The notes: generated by a model from the letters alone, not told the origin. Shown: positions 1-13,876, counted from the stretch's first letter. The stretch is 64,000 nucleotides of DNA from Octopus vulgaris (GCA_951406725.2 OX597817.1:142662001-142726000), one strand, 5' to 3'. Numbers and translations are program-made.

Positions 1-795
1 GAAGCATACATGCATATTAATACAAACTATTTGTATTTTGATACAGAACAGCTTACTCGACATATGTACATATGAACAAATATACATGTGTGTGTGTGTG
101 TGTGTGTGTATGACTGTCTTCCTGCATTGAGTGTGCATCACGTGTGTCATAGTGTGTGTGCATATGTGAGTTTTTCCCCTTTTGTGAGTGTTCCTATGAT
201 CTTAAATTTGTACATATTTGCATAATTCAAAATTGAATGGCTACACATCTTCTTGAATGCGCAGTGATATGCATGTAATTGTAAATCTATATTTCGCAAA
301 AAATATCTAACAAACGAAATAATAAAAAGAATAAATACATGTTTGATTACATCGGTTTCTCCTTCTTCTTTTTGCCAATGTACTTTAAACCAAGTCTAAC
401 CTATATGTGTAGATTTCCGTACTGTAGTGCTTAAATATTCTAGTATATAGTTTTGTGAATTTTGTCATCCGTGTAAGAAAAATATATAATTCTGTATCAC
501 TGAGTCGCAGAGAAAAATCGTTTCTGGAAGGGGTATTATTTATATCTGAGACATATAGCCGCAGTGTATCTGTTTGCGTGAGTCTCTCTATGTCTGCTCA
601 ATATAAATCTGTATCTCTCTGAATGCGTATATATACATTTATATGTGTGTGTATGTCTATGTGTGTATATATATATGTGTGTGTGTGTATGTGTATGTAT
701 TTACATATATACGTGTGAGTATGTATATATATGTGCGTGTGCATGTGTGTATGTATTTGTATATATATATATATTATCCATCTATCTATCTATCT

Positions 796-990
796 AGCTC
801 CTACACTCTTTTTTTTCAATCCTTGTTTCTCTCCTTGTTTCTTTTCTGTGTATCTTTCTGTCGAAGAGCGTAGGCTCGAAACGTAAAAGACTTGTTTTAT
901 TTCTATTCCTGAGCGCCATACTAATACAATTATTTGTTTGTACTCCACCTGCCTTCGTCTTCTGTTTATTTTCGTAAACCTTCCCGTTAT
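796..990 (+). mobile_element. Penelope-like element terminal (pLTR) fragment carrying a hammerhead motif, embedded in (AT)/(ATCT) microsatellite
   Basis: Non-repetitive island between microsatellites; contains the HHR-like motif at 853-890 followed by a T-rich tail running into (AT)n. PLE assignment is inference from the known PLE-hammerhead association. Confidence 0.55.
853..890 (+). ncRNA. Minimal type I hammerhead-like ribozyme motif (variant core)
   Basis: TCTTT-CTGTCGA-A-GAGC(GTAG)GCTC-GAAA-CGT-A-AAAGA: stem I TCTTT/AAAGA, stem II GAGC/GCTC, GUA cleavage triplet; A6 is T in this copy. Confidence 0.65.
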
Positions 991-1029
991 GTATATATAT
1001 ACACACACAATATATTATATATATGTATC

Positions 1030-1071
<42 letters not shown>

Positions 1072-1305
1072 CTGTATGTATGTATACATACATACATGCA
1101 CATGTACGAATTCATACACATATATGTACATATAAGTACATATGTGATATTCATACATGTACGCACAGACATAAACGCACGCGCGCGCACCTGTATTACA
1201 TACACGTGTATGTGTATCTCTGTGGTCGCTGTGTGGAAATATTTTATAGATGTATTCTAATAATCATTTGTGTCTCTTTATTGCCGCGGAACCTGGGAAC
1301 AAATT

Positions 1306-1306
<1 letters not shown>

Positions 1307-1357
<51 letters not shown>
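1307..1357. repeat. (AAT)n microsatellite
   Basis: Pure AAT run directly 5' of a LINE fragment. Confidence 0.98.
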
Positions 1358-1358
<1 letters not shown>

Positions 1359-2148
1359 ATCAAAGCATGCTTACCAAAACTACCAGGCTAACTTTCTTCA
1401 AAATGGTTCTAACCATAAACGGAGATTCTGTGATTAATGTGATAAAACAATAGACCATCTCTTCTCAGGATGTCCTGTGCTGACACCAAACGAATACAAA
1501 AATATACACTGTAGATTAGGAAAGAATTTACATCGGAAAATATGTAAACACTACAAAATCAACACTCCTGCTTACGGTATGAATATCATCCTGAGCCAAT
1601 CATTGAAGGTTAAAATGTCACCATCCTCTGAGATTTTCCACTCAACACCGACAGAACGATCCAGTCTAATCCACCAGACATCGCCCTTAAGGACAGAGAA
1701 GAAATACTTGTAGACTAATAGATGTAAGAGTTCCCACTGATAAAAATATATCTGTAACGGAATTTGGCAAATTGGGTAAATAAAAGGACCTGGAAATTGA
1801 AATACAAAACATATGGCATCATAAAGCGAGAACTGTTTCTGTTTTTCTAGGTGCACTAGGTATGATGAGAAAGGGATATTAGAAACATCTAGGAGACATC
1901 CCAGGGGAACAACGTCTCAGAGAAATCCGAAAGAAGGTGCTAAAATTTATTGCCCACATCCTTAGGAAAACCCTATCAATTTAAATGTATGTTTTGTAAT
2001 ACATGAAGATATTTTACTACTGCTCCTGCCACTTCTCCCCAAGCTTTACGTCATACTGTAACATCGCTTATCCTTCACTCGCCATAGGATGCTCGATGTG
2101 TTTCGGGGAGTGATTATAACAAACATGCAGATTAAAAGTAAATAATAA
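1358..2148 (+). mobile_element. 5'-truncated, frameshifted RLE-type non-LTR retrotransposon (R4/Dong-like), family 1
   Basis: Broken frames give QSMLTK.., GCPVLTPNEYKN, HRKICKHY, KDLEIEIQNIW, FLGALGMM and AHILRKTLSI* (stop 1982-1984): zinc-knuckle plus restriction-like endonuclease C-terminus, then a 3' UTR. Confidence 0.85.
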
Positions 2149-2164
2149 CTGTAAGGTCAGTTTT

Positions 2165-3012
2165 CAGGTGATGTGAGCTGTACAGTGAGGTTGCAATAGA
2201 TGTGAACAACAAGACAGATACAGAGGACCGGTGAATATGAATGATTAGGGGTGACCTGAAGATAGAGACAGAAGCCCTCATATGCGGAGGTCAGGAAAAG
2301 CTTTAAGAACCAATTATATGAGGTGCAGAGTAGACAACACTACCGATAACAAGAAATGCAGAATGTGTAGTGAAAGGGATGAAACGGTATGGCACATCGT
2401 TAGCCAATGCTCGAAATTGGTACAAGGCGATTAAGAACGACGCCATAACAATGTGGCAAGAATGATCCATTGGGAGCTCTGTGGAAATCGCTGCCTACAA
2501 AGAACAAAGGCATGGTATGAGCAAACTCCAGAAGGAGTCACCGAAAAAGAGAATTGCAAAATCCTGTGGGATGCAATAATCCAGTGCGATCACTCGACCA
2601 GACATTGAGAACAGGATATTGTTGGGGTGAATAAAAAAGAAGGAATGTATATGATAATCGACATGTCATGCCCCGGTGACAACAACATCAATGTGAAAGA
2701 AGAAGAAAAAATAAACAACTATGACGATTTGAAGTGGGAAATACGAAAGTTGTGGTCAGTGAAGAGAGTAGACGTGATAACCAATAATAATTGGTGCACT
2801 TGGAAGTATCAGAACTCAACTACCAACATGGCTGAAAAAGATTGGTGCAAGTGCCAAGGTTAAAAACCTACAAAAATCAGCATTGCTTGGAACTGCAAGA
2901 ATTCTTCGTAGGGTTCTTGAAGCATGAGCAGTAAACAAATGTCATCTTAGCCTGCTGGCTGAGGATAGCTGGCACTTTCTCTCATACCCAGCAAAAGAAG
3001 CTGTGAGTTTTC

Positions 3013-3015
<3 letters not shown>
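2165..3015 (+). mobile_element. 5'-truncated RLE-type non-LTR retrotransposon (R4/Dong-like), family 2
   Basis: GDLKIETEALICG, CRMCSERDETVWHIVSQC (CCHC knuckle), KILWD, IIDMSCPGD..EEEKINNYDDL, KSALLGTARILRRVLEA*; the 3' end runs into (AAT)n. Confidence 0.9.
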
Positions 3016-3043
<28 letters not shown>

Positions 3044-3057
3044 AATAATAATGATAC

Positions 3058-3096
<39 letters not shown>

Positions 3097-3097
<1 letters not shown>

Positions 3098-3434
3098 GTG
3101 TCTCTAAAAGAAATGGAGAAACTCTCAAAATACAAAGACCTGGAAATAGAGGTAACTAGAATGTGGAACCTGAAAACAGAAACAATTCCTATCATAGTAG
3201 GTGCATTAGGCATGATAAAAAAATATTCAGACAAATACATAACAAAAACACCAGGACTTACAAACACATATAACATACAGAAAATTGCACTACTAGGCAC
3301 TGCACACATCCTACGCAGAACACTTTCCATACAATAACCATCAGAGCATCACAACAAATCACAGCACATACCCAAGGCACACAGAGCTGCGCTCGGTAGT
3401 GAAGTGAAAGCACGCTATAAAAATAAAACTACTG
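3097..3434 (+). mobile_element. Short 3' fragment of an RLE-type non-LTR retrotransposon, family 3, inside (AAT)n
   Basis: Uninterrupted frame 3098-3337 EKLSKYKDLEIE..PIIVGALG..QKIALLGTAHILRRTL plus about 100 bp 3' UTR; AAT repeats on both sides. Confidence 0.9.
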
Positions 3435-3460
3435 ATAATAATAATAATAATAATAATAAA

Positions 3461-4015
3461 TGCCCTGATGCAGTACCAGGCAGTGGCTCTCATGGCTTCG
3501 GATCTTAACTGATTGGAAGTGTTATCATGTACATTGTTTTGTCTTGGTATAAAAGATGGGCTACAGCAAATATTCTGCTCAATACCACAGATTTGCTTGT
3601 CAGTTGTTTGACCGTAACCAGTTGAGCATGTCCCTTACTGGCTGATGATATGTGCATCTCTGATCACGAGCAGAAGTAGTGGGGGAGCATCATAGCCGTG
3701 TGCTGAGAGGAATTCTTTGGGGTTTGAATAATTCACCTCTGGAAACATGGGTGGTTCTTTCAACATCCTTAAACAACCCTTATTCAGGGACCTTTTGAGC
3801 GGGATGGGCTACTCAACCTGAAGAAAATTCTAACTGGGCCCCACCTGCAAGGTCATGTGCTGTTTATCTTGATATGAGATCACAATGTCGCGCACATATG
3901 GTTGTGATGCATGTGCCTGGTGTACCCTTATCAGACGGGTAGTCATGATGGGTATATTGGGCTTCGTATATTTTACCCCAGTGTCACTTTGATGGCATTA
4001 ACTGCTCTCTCACTC
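3461..4015 (+). mobile_element. 555-bp non-coding interspersed repeat in (AAT)n, copy 1
   Basis: Highly similar to 8916-9471 with identical start (TGCCCTGAT) and end (CTCTCTCACTC); followed by (AAT)n; no credible ORF. Strand inferred from the AAT tail orientation shared with neighbouring LINEs. Confidence 0.85.
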
Positions 4016-4089
<74 letters not shown>

Positions 4090-4344
4090 TGATGATGATT
4101 ATGATGATGATGACAGAAAAGTTATGAACACTTGGATGATAGTTGAAAGCTCGTGGTTATCTACGGTTACAGGTAGTAAACCGATACCCACATAAATTCT
4201 TCCAGGAATAAGAACAAACCCAAAAGAGGAGGAGAAGACGAAGAAGAAGAAGAAGAAGAAGAAGAAGAAGAAGAAGAAGACGAAGAAGAAGAAGAAGAAG
4301 AAGAAGAAGAAGAAGAAGAAGGGGAAGAAGAAGAAAAAGAAGAA
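4016..4344. repeat. Compound (AAT)n-(GAT)n and (GAA)n microsatellites
   Basis: AAT/GAT run 4016-4112, short unique spacer, GAA run about 4227-4344. Confidence 0.95.
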
Positions 4345-4981
4345 TTTCATTTATTTGCCACAAGGCAATACAGAGGGGGACAATACAGAGACAGTCATAA
4401 AGAGTTGGGGTTTAAATGTAATATTGAAACAATAAAAAGAAAATTAATAATAATAATAAGTTATGTGAAGCTGAGTGAAACAGTTATTAATGGTATACAT
4501 AACTCCTTCGAAACGTTTTGATTACTACTTTTATTTTCCACTCACTTGAATGTGTATGTGTGCATCTGTGTGTGTTTATTTGCGTGTGCTTATGAATACA
4601 CACTTATACGCACATAAACACATGTATTCATATGTATGTATATATGTGTATACATACATACATATATATGTGTGTGTGTATGTAGTCAATTTGAGGATAT
4701 CTTATACTCCTAAAGGATTAATATATCCAAAAATAACAAACAAAAAATAAAAAATAAAAAACCCTGAATAGATTCTACCCTCTATTTTCCGAAATGATAA
4801 TTAATTCTCAACAATTCTTTAAATTATGCATTAATCTATAGGCAGGAATCGAAAAACGTTCGCAGGTTTTGGGAATTTATTTCTGTCCTGATTTTACCTT
4901 GGAACTATATTAATAAATTAATTTACATTTTTACCAACTCTCCATTTTCTCAACTTTTATTGAATACATACACACACACAC

Positions 4982-5875
<894 letters not shown>

Positions 5876-5887
5876 TATATATACATG

Positions 5888-6089
5888 TATATATATATAA
5901 GGTGGGGTACGAACATAGACACAAATACATATATATATATATATATATTCGACAGGCTTCTTTCAGTTTCCGTCTACCAAATCCACTCACAAAGTTTTGG
6001 TTGGCCCAAGGTGCCACGCAGTGGGACGAAACCCAACCCGGAACCATGTGGCTGGGAAGCAAGCTTCTTACCACACAGCCAGTCCTGCG

Positions 6090-6092
<3 letters not shown>
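5888..6092 (-). mobile_element. tRNA-derived SINE, family B (head plus internal microsatellite)
   Basis: A box TGGCTGTGTGG, B-box-like GGTTCCGGGTT, body GTGGATTTGGTAGACGGAAACTGAAAGAAGCC shared with copies at 15480, 19730, 47770. Confidence 0.9.
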
Positions 6093-6186
<94 letters not shown>

Positions 6187-6319
6187 AAATGGTAATAAAC
6201 ATCAAAGGTTTCGAGCTTCCAATGATAAATTATAGATATAATAATTTCCATTTAGTTCTGCCATGAGCTCTAGGAATCTTGACACCAGAACTTAATCTAA
6301 CTTCCATTGCCTTTGACTG

Positions 6320-6505
6320 TGATTGGTCCGTCACAGGCCTATATTCCCAAGCATTAATGGAACTCCTTTACAGCTGAGTAGACTGGAGCAAAATGAAATG
6401 AAAGCATTGCTTATGCACACAACGCCGGTGAACCTGATGCCGGTTCCTAACTCGAAACCAGGAACTTACGATCACGTGTGCAACACCATTACCACTAGTC
6501 ACTGT
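6320..6505 (-). mobile_element. Degenerate tRNA-derived SINE, family C
   Basis: ACAGCTGAGTAGACTGGAGCAAAATGAAAT matches 20491-20520; CTCGAAACC B-box complement. Confidence 0.65.
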
Positions 6506-7595
6506 ACCTTCTCTATATTCTTCAATGGCTAGAGAAATATGAAAAATAATACGAATTACATTTTGAATCATTAAGCAAATTTGACACTCGAAAACTTATA
6601 TCCGATGTGAATAGAGGATGACAGGTGTGTTACGCAGCATGGAAACTTCAATAAAATATTCATTGTGGAGGACAAAAACCTCTTGTGGGATGAAATGGAA
6701 ATCTTCTACAAATAGCTATACAAAAAATACTAACTAAACAATATTTTTAAGCCTTGACAAATAGAAAAACAAGCTAAAATGACAGTTACATAGAGAAATA
6801 AGAAAGTGTAGAAATTTTGAATACAGAAAAAATTATGCTTAAAGGGAGATGAAGAAAAATATGGAAGGATAAGAAAAAAAAGTTCCTTCAAAGATAACAG
6901 CGAAAAGAATTAACAGGAATAAATAGAAGAAATTTTAATGGTGGATGTGAAGTACGTGGTTTTTTAAAGTTGTTGCTTTATGGCGAAACAGAATTAAGGT
7001 GTTTCAACGGGAAACTAATAAAAATTAGACATTTAATGAAAAAAAGTAAATATAATATGATGTTGTTGCTTCATGTACGAATATTGATTTAGTTTTAGCC
7101 TGGTCAGCTTTCACTAAAATTAGGGAATAACAAGTGTACTGATTTCTTGATCGGAGCGAATATTGTGACTCAGCTACGAATGTCAGAGAGTGTTTGACGC
7201 TGAGGTGGCCGAATTAAGTCGAAACACCAATGTGTGACGATCCGTCGACGACCTCTTTCAGAGCAGGCTTGGTGTTGTTAACACAAGTTTCTTTGAGAAG
7301 TTTCTCATACATCACATAATAGAGCTAGTGACGCTATACTAGCGTATATACATAGTAGATGCTACACACGGCATGATAAATTTCCAGCAGCATAATTAGA
7401 GGTTGCAGAAAACAATTAGCTGCGTTGTTTTTGCCTAACTAATATTAAGCAAAGAGGAATATATCTATAGGTATGACAGAGATGGAACTTAAATACTCTG
7501 AAATTTATATCACCAGTAATATTACGTAGCAAGTGAATATACACTTGTAAAGGTGTTCTTAAAATTGTCTAATTGTACGAGAAAGCGACTACATT

Positions 7596-7994
7596 CTTTT
7601 CTACTCTAGGCACAAGGGCCGAAATTTTGGGGGAAGGGGGCCAGTCGATTAGATCGAACCCAGTATGCAACTGGTATTTAAGTTATCGACCCCGAAAGGA
7701 TGAAAGGCAAAGTCGACCTCGACAGAATTTGAACTCAGGACGTAGCGACAGACGAAATACCTATTTCTTTACTACCTACATGGGGCTAAACACAGAGAGG
7801 ACAAACAAGGACAGACAAACGGATTAAGTCGATTATATCTACTCCAGTGCGTAACTGGTACTTATTTAATTGACCCGAAAGGATGAAAGGCAAAGTCGAC
7901 GTCGGCGCAATTTGAACTTACAACGTAGCGGCAGACGAAATACCGCTAAGCATTTCGCCCGGCGTGCTAACGTTTCTGCCAGCTCGCCGCCTTA
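7596..7994 (-). mobile_element. Dimeric SINE family A inside one 17-bp target-site duplication
   Basis: Full unit (about 7762-7994) plus a 5'-truncated second unit (7596-7761); flanks GAGAAAGCGACTA(C/T)ATT at 7579-7595 and 7995-8011. Confidence 0.9.
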
Positions 7995-8573
7995 GAGAAA
8001 GCGACTATATTGTGAGAAGTGCTAATACAATCATGTTAGAAAGTCAAGTGTTCTTCCCGGAAATTGCTGTCAGATATCAATTGCAAATAATGTGTCTCTC
8101 GGGGGCAGTGCTATTCCCAACAGTTGACAGAGGCAAAAAATGAAAGAAATTAACACCAAATATATTAGTGCATGACCCGTTGTTTTATGACTAATATGAT
8201 TAATACATTGTTTTATAGAAATATAGTTATATACACAACAAAGAATTCAGTGAAACAGAATAAAACAACATTGAAATAAAAATGTTTCCTATAACAGATC
8301 AAAATATATTTGAAACCAATGTAAATTGTTCAAAATCTATATTAGCTTTTAACCGTTTATATCTCGAATATATATAACAAACCACAAACAGTAAAGTTTA
8401 ACAATTGATATTGGTATACAATGATTTCAGTGAATGCTAGATTTTCATAACTGGGATGTTGGTGAAATCATCTTAATAAACTGGTTGACTGATCCCCAAA
8501 TCTACTGAGAACAACATACAGTTGGCCGTGTATGAACACGTCTGTAGGGTTATAAAGTAGGTAACTTATCATT

Positions 8574-8712
8574 GCCTGGAATCGAACTCGGAATCTTGGA
8601 GTTATTAGTCCGCGCTCTTAACCATTACGCCATATGCCGGTGGATTTTTTTAATGTTGTAGTGGTTAAGAGCGCGGGCTACAAACCCCAAGATTCCGAGT
8701 TCGATTCCAGGC
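8574..8712. mobile_element. Head-to-head inverted pair of tRNA-Ile(AAT)-like units followed by (AAT)n
   Basis: 55-bp arms 8574-8628 and 8658-8712 are near-perfect reverse complements; each has an A box (TAGTGGTTAAGAGC-like) and B box GAGTTCGATTCC; the left arm has the loop CTAATAA. Confidence 0.8.
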
Positions 8713-8718
8713 TGGGAT

Positions 8719-8721
<3 letters not shown>

Positions 8722-8798
<77 letters not shown>

Positions 8799-8915
8799 TG
8801 ATGATGATGATGATGATAAGAAGAAGTAGAAGAAGAAGAAGAGGAGGAGGAGGAGGAGGAGAAGAAGAAGAAGAAGAAAAAGAAGAAGAAGAAGAAGAAG
8901 AAGAAGAAGAAGAAA
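8722..8915. repeat. Compound trinucleotide array AAT-GAT-AAG-GAG-AAG
   Basis: Contiguous trinucleotide blocks read directly. Confidence 0.97.
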
Positions 8916-9471
8916 TGCCCTGATACAGTACCAGGTAGTGGCTCTCATGGCTTCTGATCTTAACTGATTGGAAGTGTTATCATGTACATCGTTTTGTCTT
9001 GGTATAAAAGATGGGCTACAGCAAATATTCTGTTCAATACGACAGATTTGCTTGTCAGTTGTTTGACCTTAACCAGTTGACCATGTCCCTTAGTGGCTGA
9101 CGATATGTGCATCTCTGATCACGAGCAGAAGTATTGGGGGAGCATCATAGCCGTGTGTTGAAAGGAATTCTTAGAAGTTTGGATAATTCACCTCTGGAAA
9201 CATGGGTGTTTCGTTCAACATCCTTAAACAACCCTTATTCAGGGACCTTTTGAGGGGGATGTGTTACTCGACTAGAAGAAAATTCTAACTTGGCCCCAAC
9301 TGCAAGTTCGTGTGCTGTTTATCTTGATATGAGATCACCATGTCGCGCACATATGGTTGTGATGCATGTGCCTGGTGTACCCTTATCAGACGGGTAGTCA
9401 TGATGGGTATACTGGGCTTCGTATATTTTTACCCCAGTGCAACTTTGATGGCATGCACTGCTCTCTCACTC
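8916..9471 (+). mobile_element. 555-bp non-coding interspersed repeat, copy 2
   Basis: Co-linear with 3461-4015 with the same ends; followed by (AAT)n-(GAT)n-(AAC)n. Confidence 0.85.
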
Positions 9472-9512
<41 letters not shown>

Positions 9513-9526
9513 TAATAATAATAATA

Positions 9527-9579
<53 letters not shown>

Positions 9580-10244
9580 AATAATAACAACAACAACAAT
9601 AAGAACAACAACAACGACGACAAGAGTACCAGCAACAGTAGACGAGGACGATGACGACGGCGATGATGACGATGATAGGTATCAGTTATATATCGCTGAT
9701 CAACAGCAAGCTCAATGCAAATAATATAATAATATCAGTAAAGATGTAGTATAAGCTGTAGTAGAGTGGTGTGTAGTAGTTGTGATTATGACATTCATAA
9801 GAAGATAAAGAATGCGGAGAAGAGTTCTGTGAGGAAAAAATGGACTTTATGTTCATCGTTATCTGTGCTTTTCATCGAAGCTACACACAATCAGTCTAAC
9901 TGATTCGGAATTCTGAGAGCTTATACAGAAGATAAGAGACAAATGCCAAGGGTTACAGGGAGTAGAGATATATCATTGATTGCTGGAATTTATTTTTCAT
10001 TTGAATGATACGAAGCAAAACTATAATGATACACATAGGTTTCATCTGTACTTTTGTAAGTATGAATGTCTGTGTGTGATGCGAGGAAGTAGAAGTAATT
10101 AGAATATAAGTTGTTGAGTAAAGAAAATACATGATCAAATGACTACATACATACATAGATTTTGAAATTCCAATGAAGGAGACTTGAATCTAGGTTGGAA
10201 ACCGGCTCTTTCTCTTGAGATAAAACTCAACAATGACATATATT

Positions 10245-10322
<78 letters not shown>

Positions 10323-10336
10323 CATACATACATACA

Positions 10337-10369
<33 letters not shown>

Positions 10370-11343
10370 GTATATATATATATACATATATATACATACA
10401 TATATATATGTATGTATGTATATATATATATATACCAGAGTAAGCACGTAAATGCGAAACAAGGCGGAGAAAATGGTACTCGAATACCAGAGGTAGAGTA
10501 ATATGCTTTATTAAAAAGCAGCAAAAATACTACAAAAACTGTTACTCGTTACATGTTGAATAAAATCACAATTAACTGATCCTCCTGTATTTTCTTGTAA
10601 CAAAAGCCAGGAACTTTTCCGCCTCCCCTCGTAATTTGAACTCAAGGTTGTTGTGCAAATTTTTAAACGAATACAAGAGCTTACATTTACGTCATATATT
10701 GAGTACTACATTTTTAGTAATCAACTTCGATTGAACCAATTTCAACAGATATAATGCAACACACGTGCACGAATACACACACACAGACATATGGATAAGA
10801 TTCAAAGTAACTTACAAAAAATATGTTTAATAAGAATACCCAAGAAAATTTTGAAAAGTCATTTAAATGGATTAGCCTTTCTTCACAACTCATCAGGTGT
10901 GAAAACACTTTATTCTATGCATCAAAGATTGATATATAGTTATTGAGAATGAGAGATTACAATACAGAAGGAGAGATGGAGAGAGAGAGAGGGGGGCGGG
11001 AGCCTCATAAATACAGAGTATGTAAAATTTGTAGAAATATAGCAAAATAGAGAAAGAAGATATGTATACGATATCTATTTAAGAGAGAAAATAATAAGAC
11101 TGTAGAGAAACTGAAAGAAGCCCCTCACTCTGTACACAATAAATATGGATAAAAGAAAGAAGCAAATGAAAGTCTGTATTCCCTTTTTGCTTCGCTTGTA
11201 AAATAGATGCACAGTGATAACTATTGATCTAAGGTCTCTTCCACTACATAAACTAAGCAAGCTCAAGCAAGGAACTGCATGGTCGACATCACCAATGTTA
11301 TCAAAGCCGACATCTTGGCGAGACCGAAGGAATGGTTCATATG

Positions 11344-11400
<57 letters not shown>

Positions 11401-11899
11401 TTATATACATATGCATATATACTTACATATATGTTTATATATATATATATATGTATATACTCACATATATGTTTATATATATAGAGAGAGAGCGAGAGAG
11501 AGAGACAGATAGATAGGTATATGGATATGTGCGTATGTACATATACGTGCGTTTGCGCATGTTTACATATCTAAATATATGTATATATTATAGGTGTGTG
11601 TATTTGTGTATATATATCTACATGCACATATATATATATATACATGAATGTATATGTATATATATATATGCACACGTTTATATATATATATCATATATAT
11701 ACATACATATATATATATATATATGTATGTATATGTATATATATGTATATGTATATGTGTACATATATATATATACATTTATATATATATATATACACAT
11801 ACACATATACACACACATATATACGCTCACTTACACAGAGCGTTTATTTATGTATAATCAACACATATGCGTACATCATATACACGGCATGTAGTTTTA

Positions 11900-11940
<41 letters not shown>

Positions 11941-12689
11941 CGTGTCTGTATGTGTATGAGTACGTATGTTTGTGTACGTGTGTGTGTGAGCCGCTGCATT
12001 GCTGTATATACGTATGCGTTAGTTAGCGTGTGTAATTTAATGTGTACGTACGTATGAGTAAAAGTGTGTGAGTGAGAGATGTCTCTCTGTATTCGCACAT
12101 CTCTTTGTATGTGTAACACTGTGTTTATCGGATATCTCTTTGTTTGGGTCTTGTTCTTTGCTTTTGTTTTTGTCTTGTGTGTGTTTGTGGGGGGGGCGTG
12201 TGTGTGTAGAGGGGGTTCATCTCTCGGGTAGTAAATTTGGCTCATAAATGGAATGTTTGCATGGTATGACTTGGAAGCAGATCTGAAGTGAAACTGAACA
12301 TCCACAACTTGGTGTATATTCTTGGAATCAGAAGTTCTGGGAATTCTTCCAAATACTAGCATATACGAGATATGTAGATATGCTTAAGATATTTCAGTTC
12401 TGAAGAAAATTAAATACAACAATGGTAAAAACAGAAAGGAGATCAAAGAGAATTGAGACGGCATGGAACAATAAAGGGATATTTTTGTGTGTCATCTTTG
12501 TCCAGGAGAAATGTAAAGCAATTCTTATGTATGGATATAATTGATGTTTTGTTTTATTTTGAAAAGAAATACATATACACGTTTCGTATCTACTATACAT
12601 ACTTATAAACTTCACCATCTTTCTCTCACTTTGTGTGTGCGTGCGTGGGTATGTCTATGTGTGTATAAGTCTGTATGTGCGTGTATAAG

Positions 12690-12738
<49 letters not shown>

Positions 12739-12828
12739 GAAAAATACAAACTGGGACAAGAACGTAAAACATTTAGAAGACGATACAAAAAACACGGACG
12801 GGACATTCGAAGTCTTATATATATATAT

Positions 12829-13110
12829 AGCTAATGAAAGACGGAAGATGGAATATACGAGAATTTATTATTAATCACGACAATTGTTTCGACACATCTA
12901 GCATCGATTCCTCTTGGGTGGGACACTCAACAACTGGTTCAGGATAAATAAATACAACTCGTTAAAATGACTGTTCCGCAATATAACTTCTCGTCTTGTA
13001 GAAAGAAAAGCTGCCAGACGGAGGAAATATCTTCATTTATATAGAAGATCAAAAATAAAATCACAGATGACAAAGAGAGAAACGAACTCGCAATCCAGCG
13101 AGAAAAGTAT
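12829..13110 (-). mobile_element. Probable PLE terminal fragment with a half hammerhead
   Basis: Island between (AT)n runs; minus strand GTGTC-GAAAC-AATT-GTC-GTGA at 12873-12897; no CTGANGA partner found. Confidence 0.35.
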
Positions 13111-13446
13111 TAAATATATATATATATATATATACGTATGTTTTGTCATTACTGAACAGCTTTTGTTTTCTCATTATTCAATTACTCAACAGCTTTTGCA
13201 CGCATTCGCGTGTTCTCCAGTGAGTAAACATGGGCACAAAGATGTAAAATATGCAATATGGGATTTGAATGAGTAAATTAAAACGACAATTTTTAGATTT
13301 AAAGCGAAGTTTAAAATTTGAAACCTGGAAACTAAGCAAGAAGAAAAACGAAGTTTTTTTCTTTTGATATAAGACAGCTTCAAAAAATAATGTTCTACAA
13401 AAGTTGAAGGACATTTCTCCATTTCTCTGGGAATATATAGCTTTTG

Positions 13447-13565
13447 CCAAATTGCGCCGAGGTCGATTTTACATTTCATCATTTCGGGGTCGATAAATTA
13501 AGTACCAGTTGCGGAATGCTCCCCTCCCCCCAAATTTCGGGCCCTCTGCCTAGAGTAGAAAAGGA
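13447..13565 (+). mobile_element. 5'-truncated SINE family A
   Basis: GCCGAGGTCGATTT..CGGGGTCGATAAATTAAGTACCAG..GCCTAGAGTAGAAAAG matches other A copies. Confidence 0.85.
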
Positions 13566-13730
13566 TATAGAGCTTTTGATTATATAACAACACACTCTAT
13601 GGATATACTCATATTACGTAATGCATACGCTGACACACACACACGCGCATGTATATATATAGATTTATACCTCCATAAACGCGCACTCACTTTTGCACTC
13701 TCATATACACCTGTATCGATACCTGCACTC

Positions 13731-13799
<69 letters not shown>

Positions 13800-13876
13800 T
13801 GTGTATACATATATATGTATATATGTATATATATATATATATACGTATATATATATATGTATATATATATACATAC

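Noticed and set aside
3461-4015. Telomerase RNA, 7SK or H/ACA snoRNA identity for the 555-bp element
   Set aside because: No CTAACCCTAA template, no 7SK terminal motifs, and an ANANNA after hairpin 1 but no properly placed ACA box.
7196-7250. Hammerhead-like CTGAGGT..GTCGAAAC
   Set aside because: The core is mutated and no stem I pairing is found.
8574-8712. Functional tRNA genes (also the SINE heads at 57500-57583 and 60682-60755)
   Set aside because: Acceptor and anticodon stems do not close properly, and the units are embedded in repeat structures.
10434-12815. Short unique islands beside (AT)n at 10434-10548, 11075-11340 and 12736-12815
   Set aside because: Probably truncated PLE-type tails, but there is no second copy or diagnostic motif in the window to support a call.
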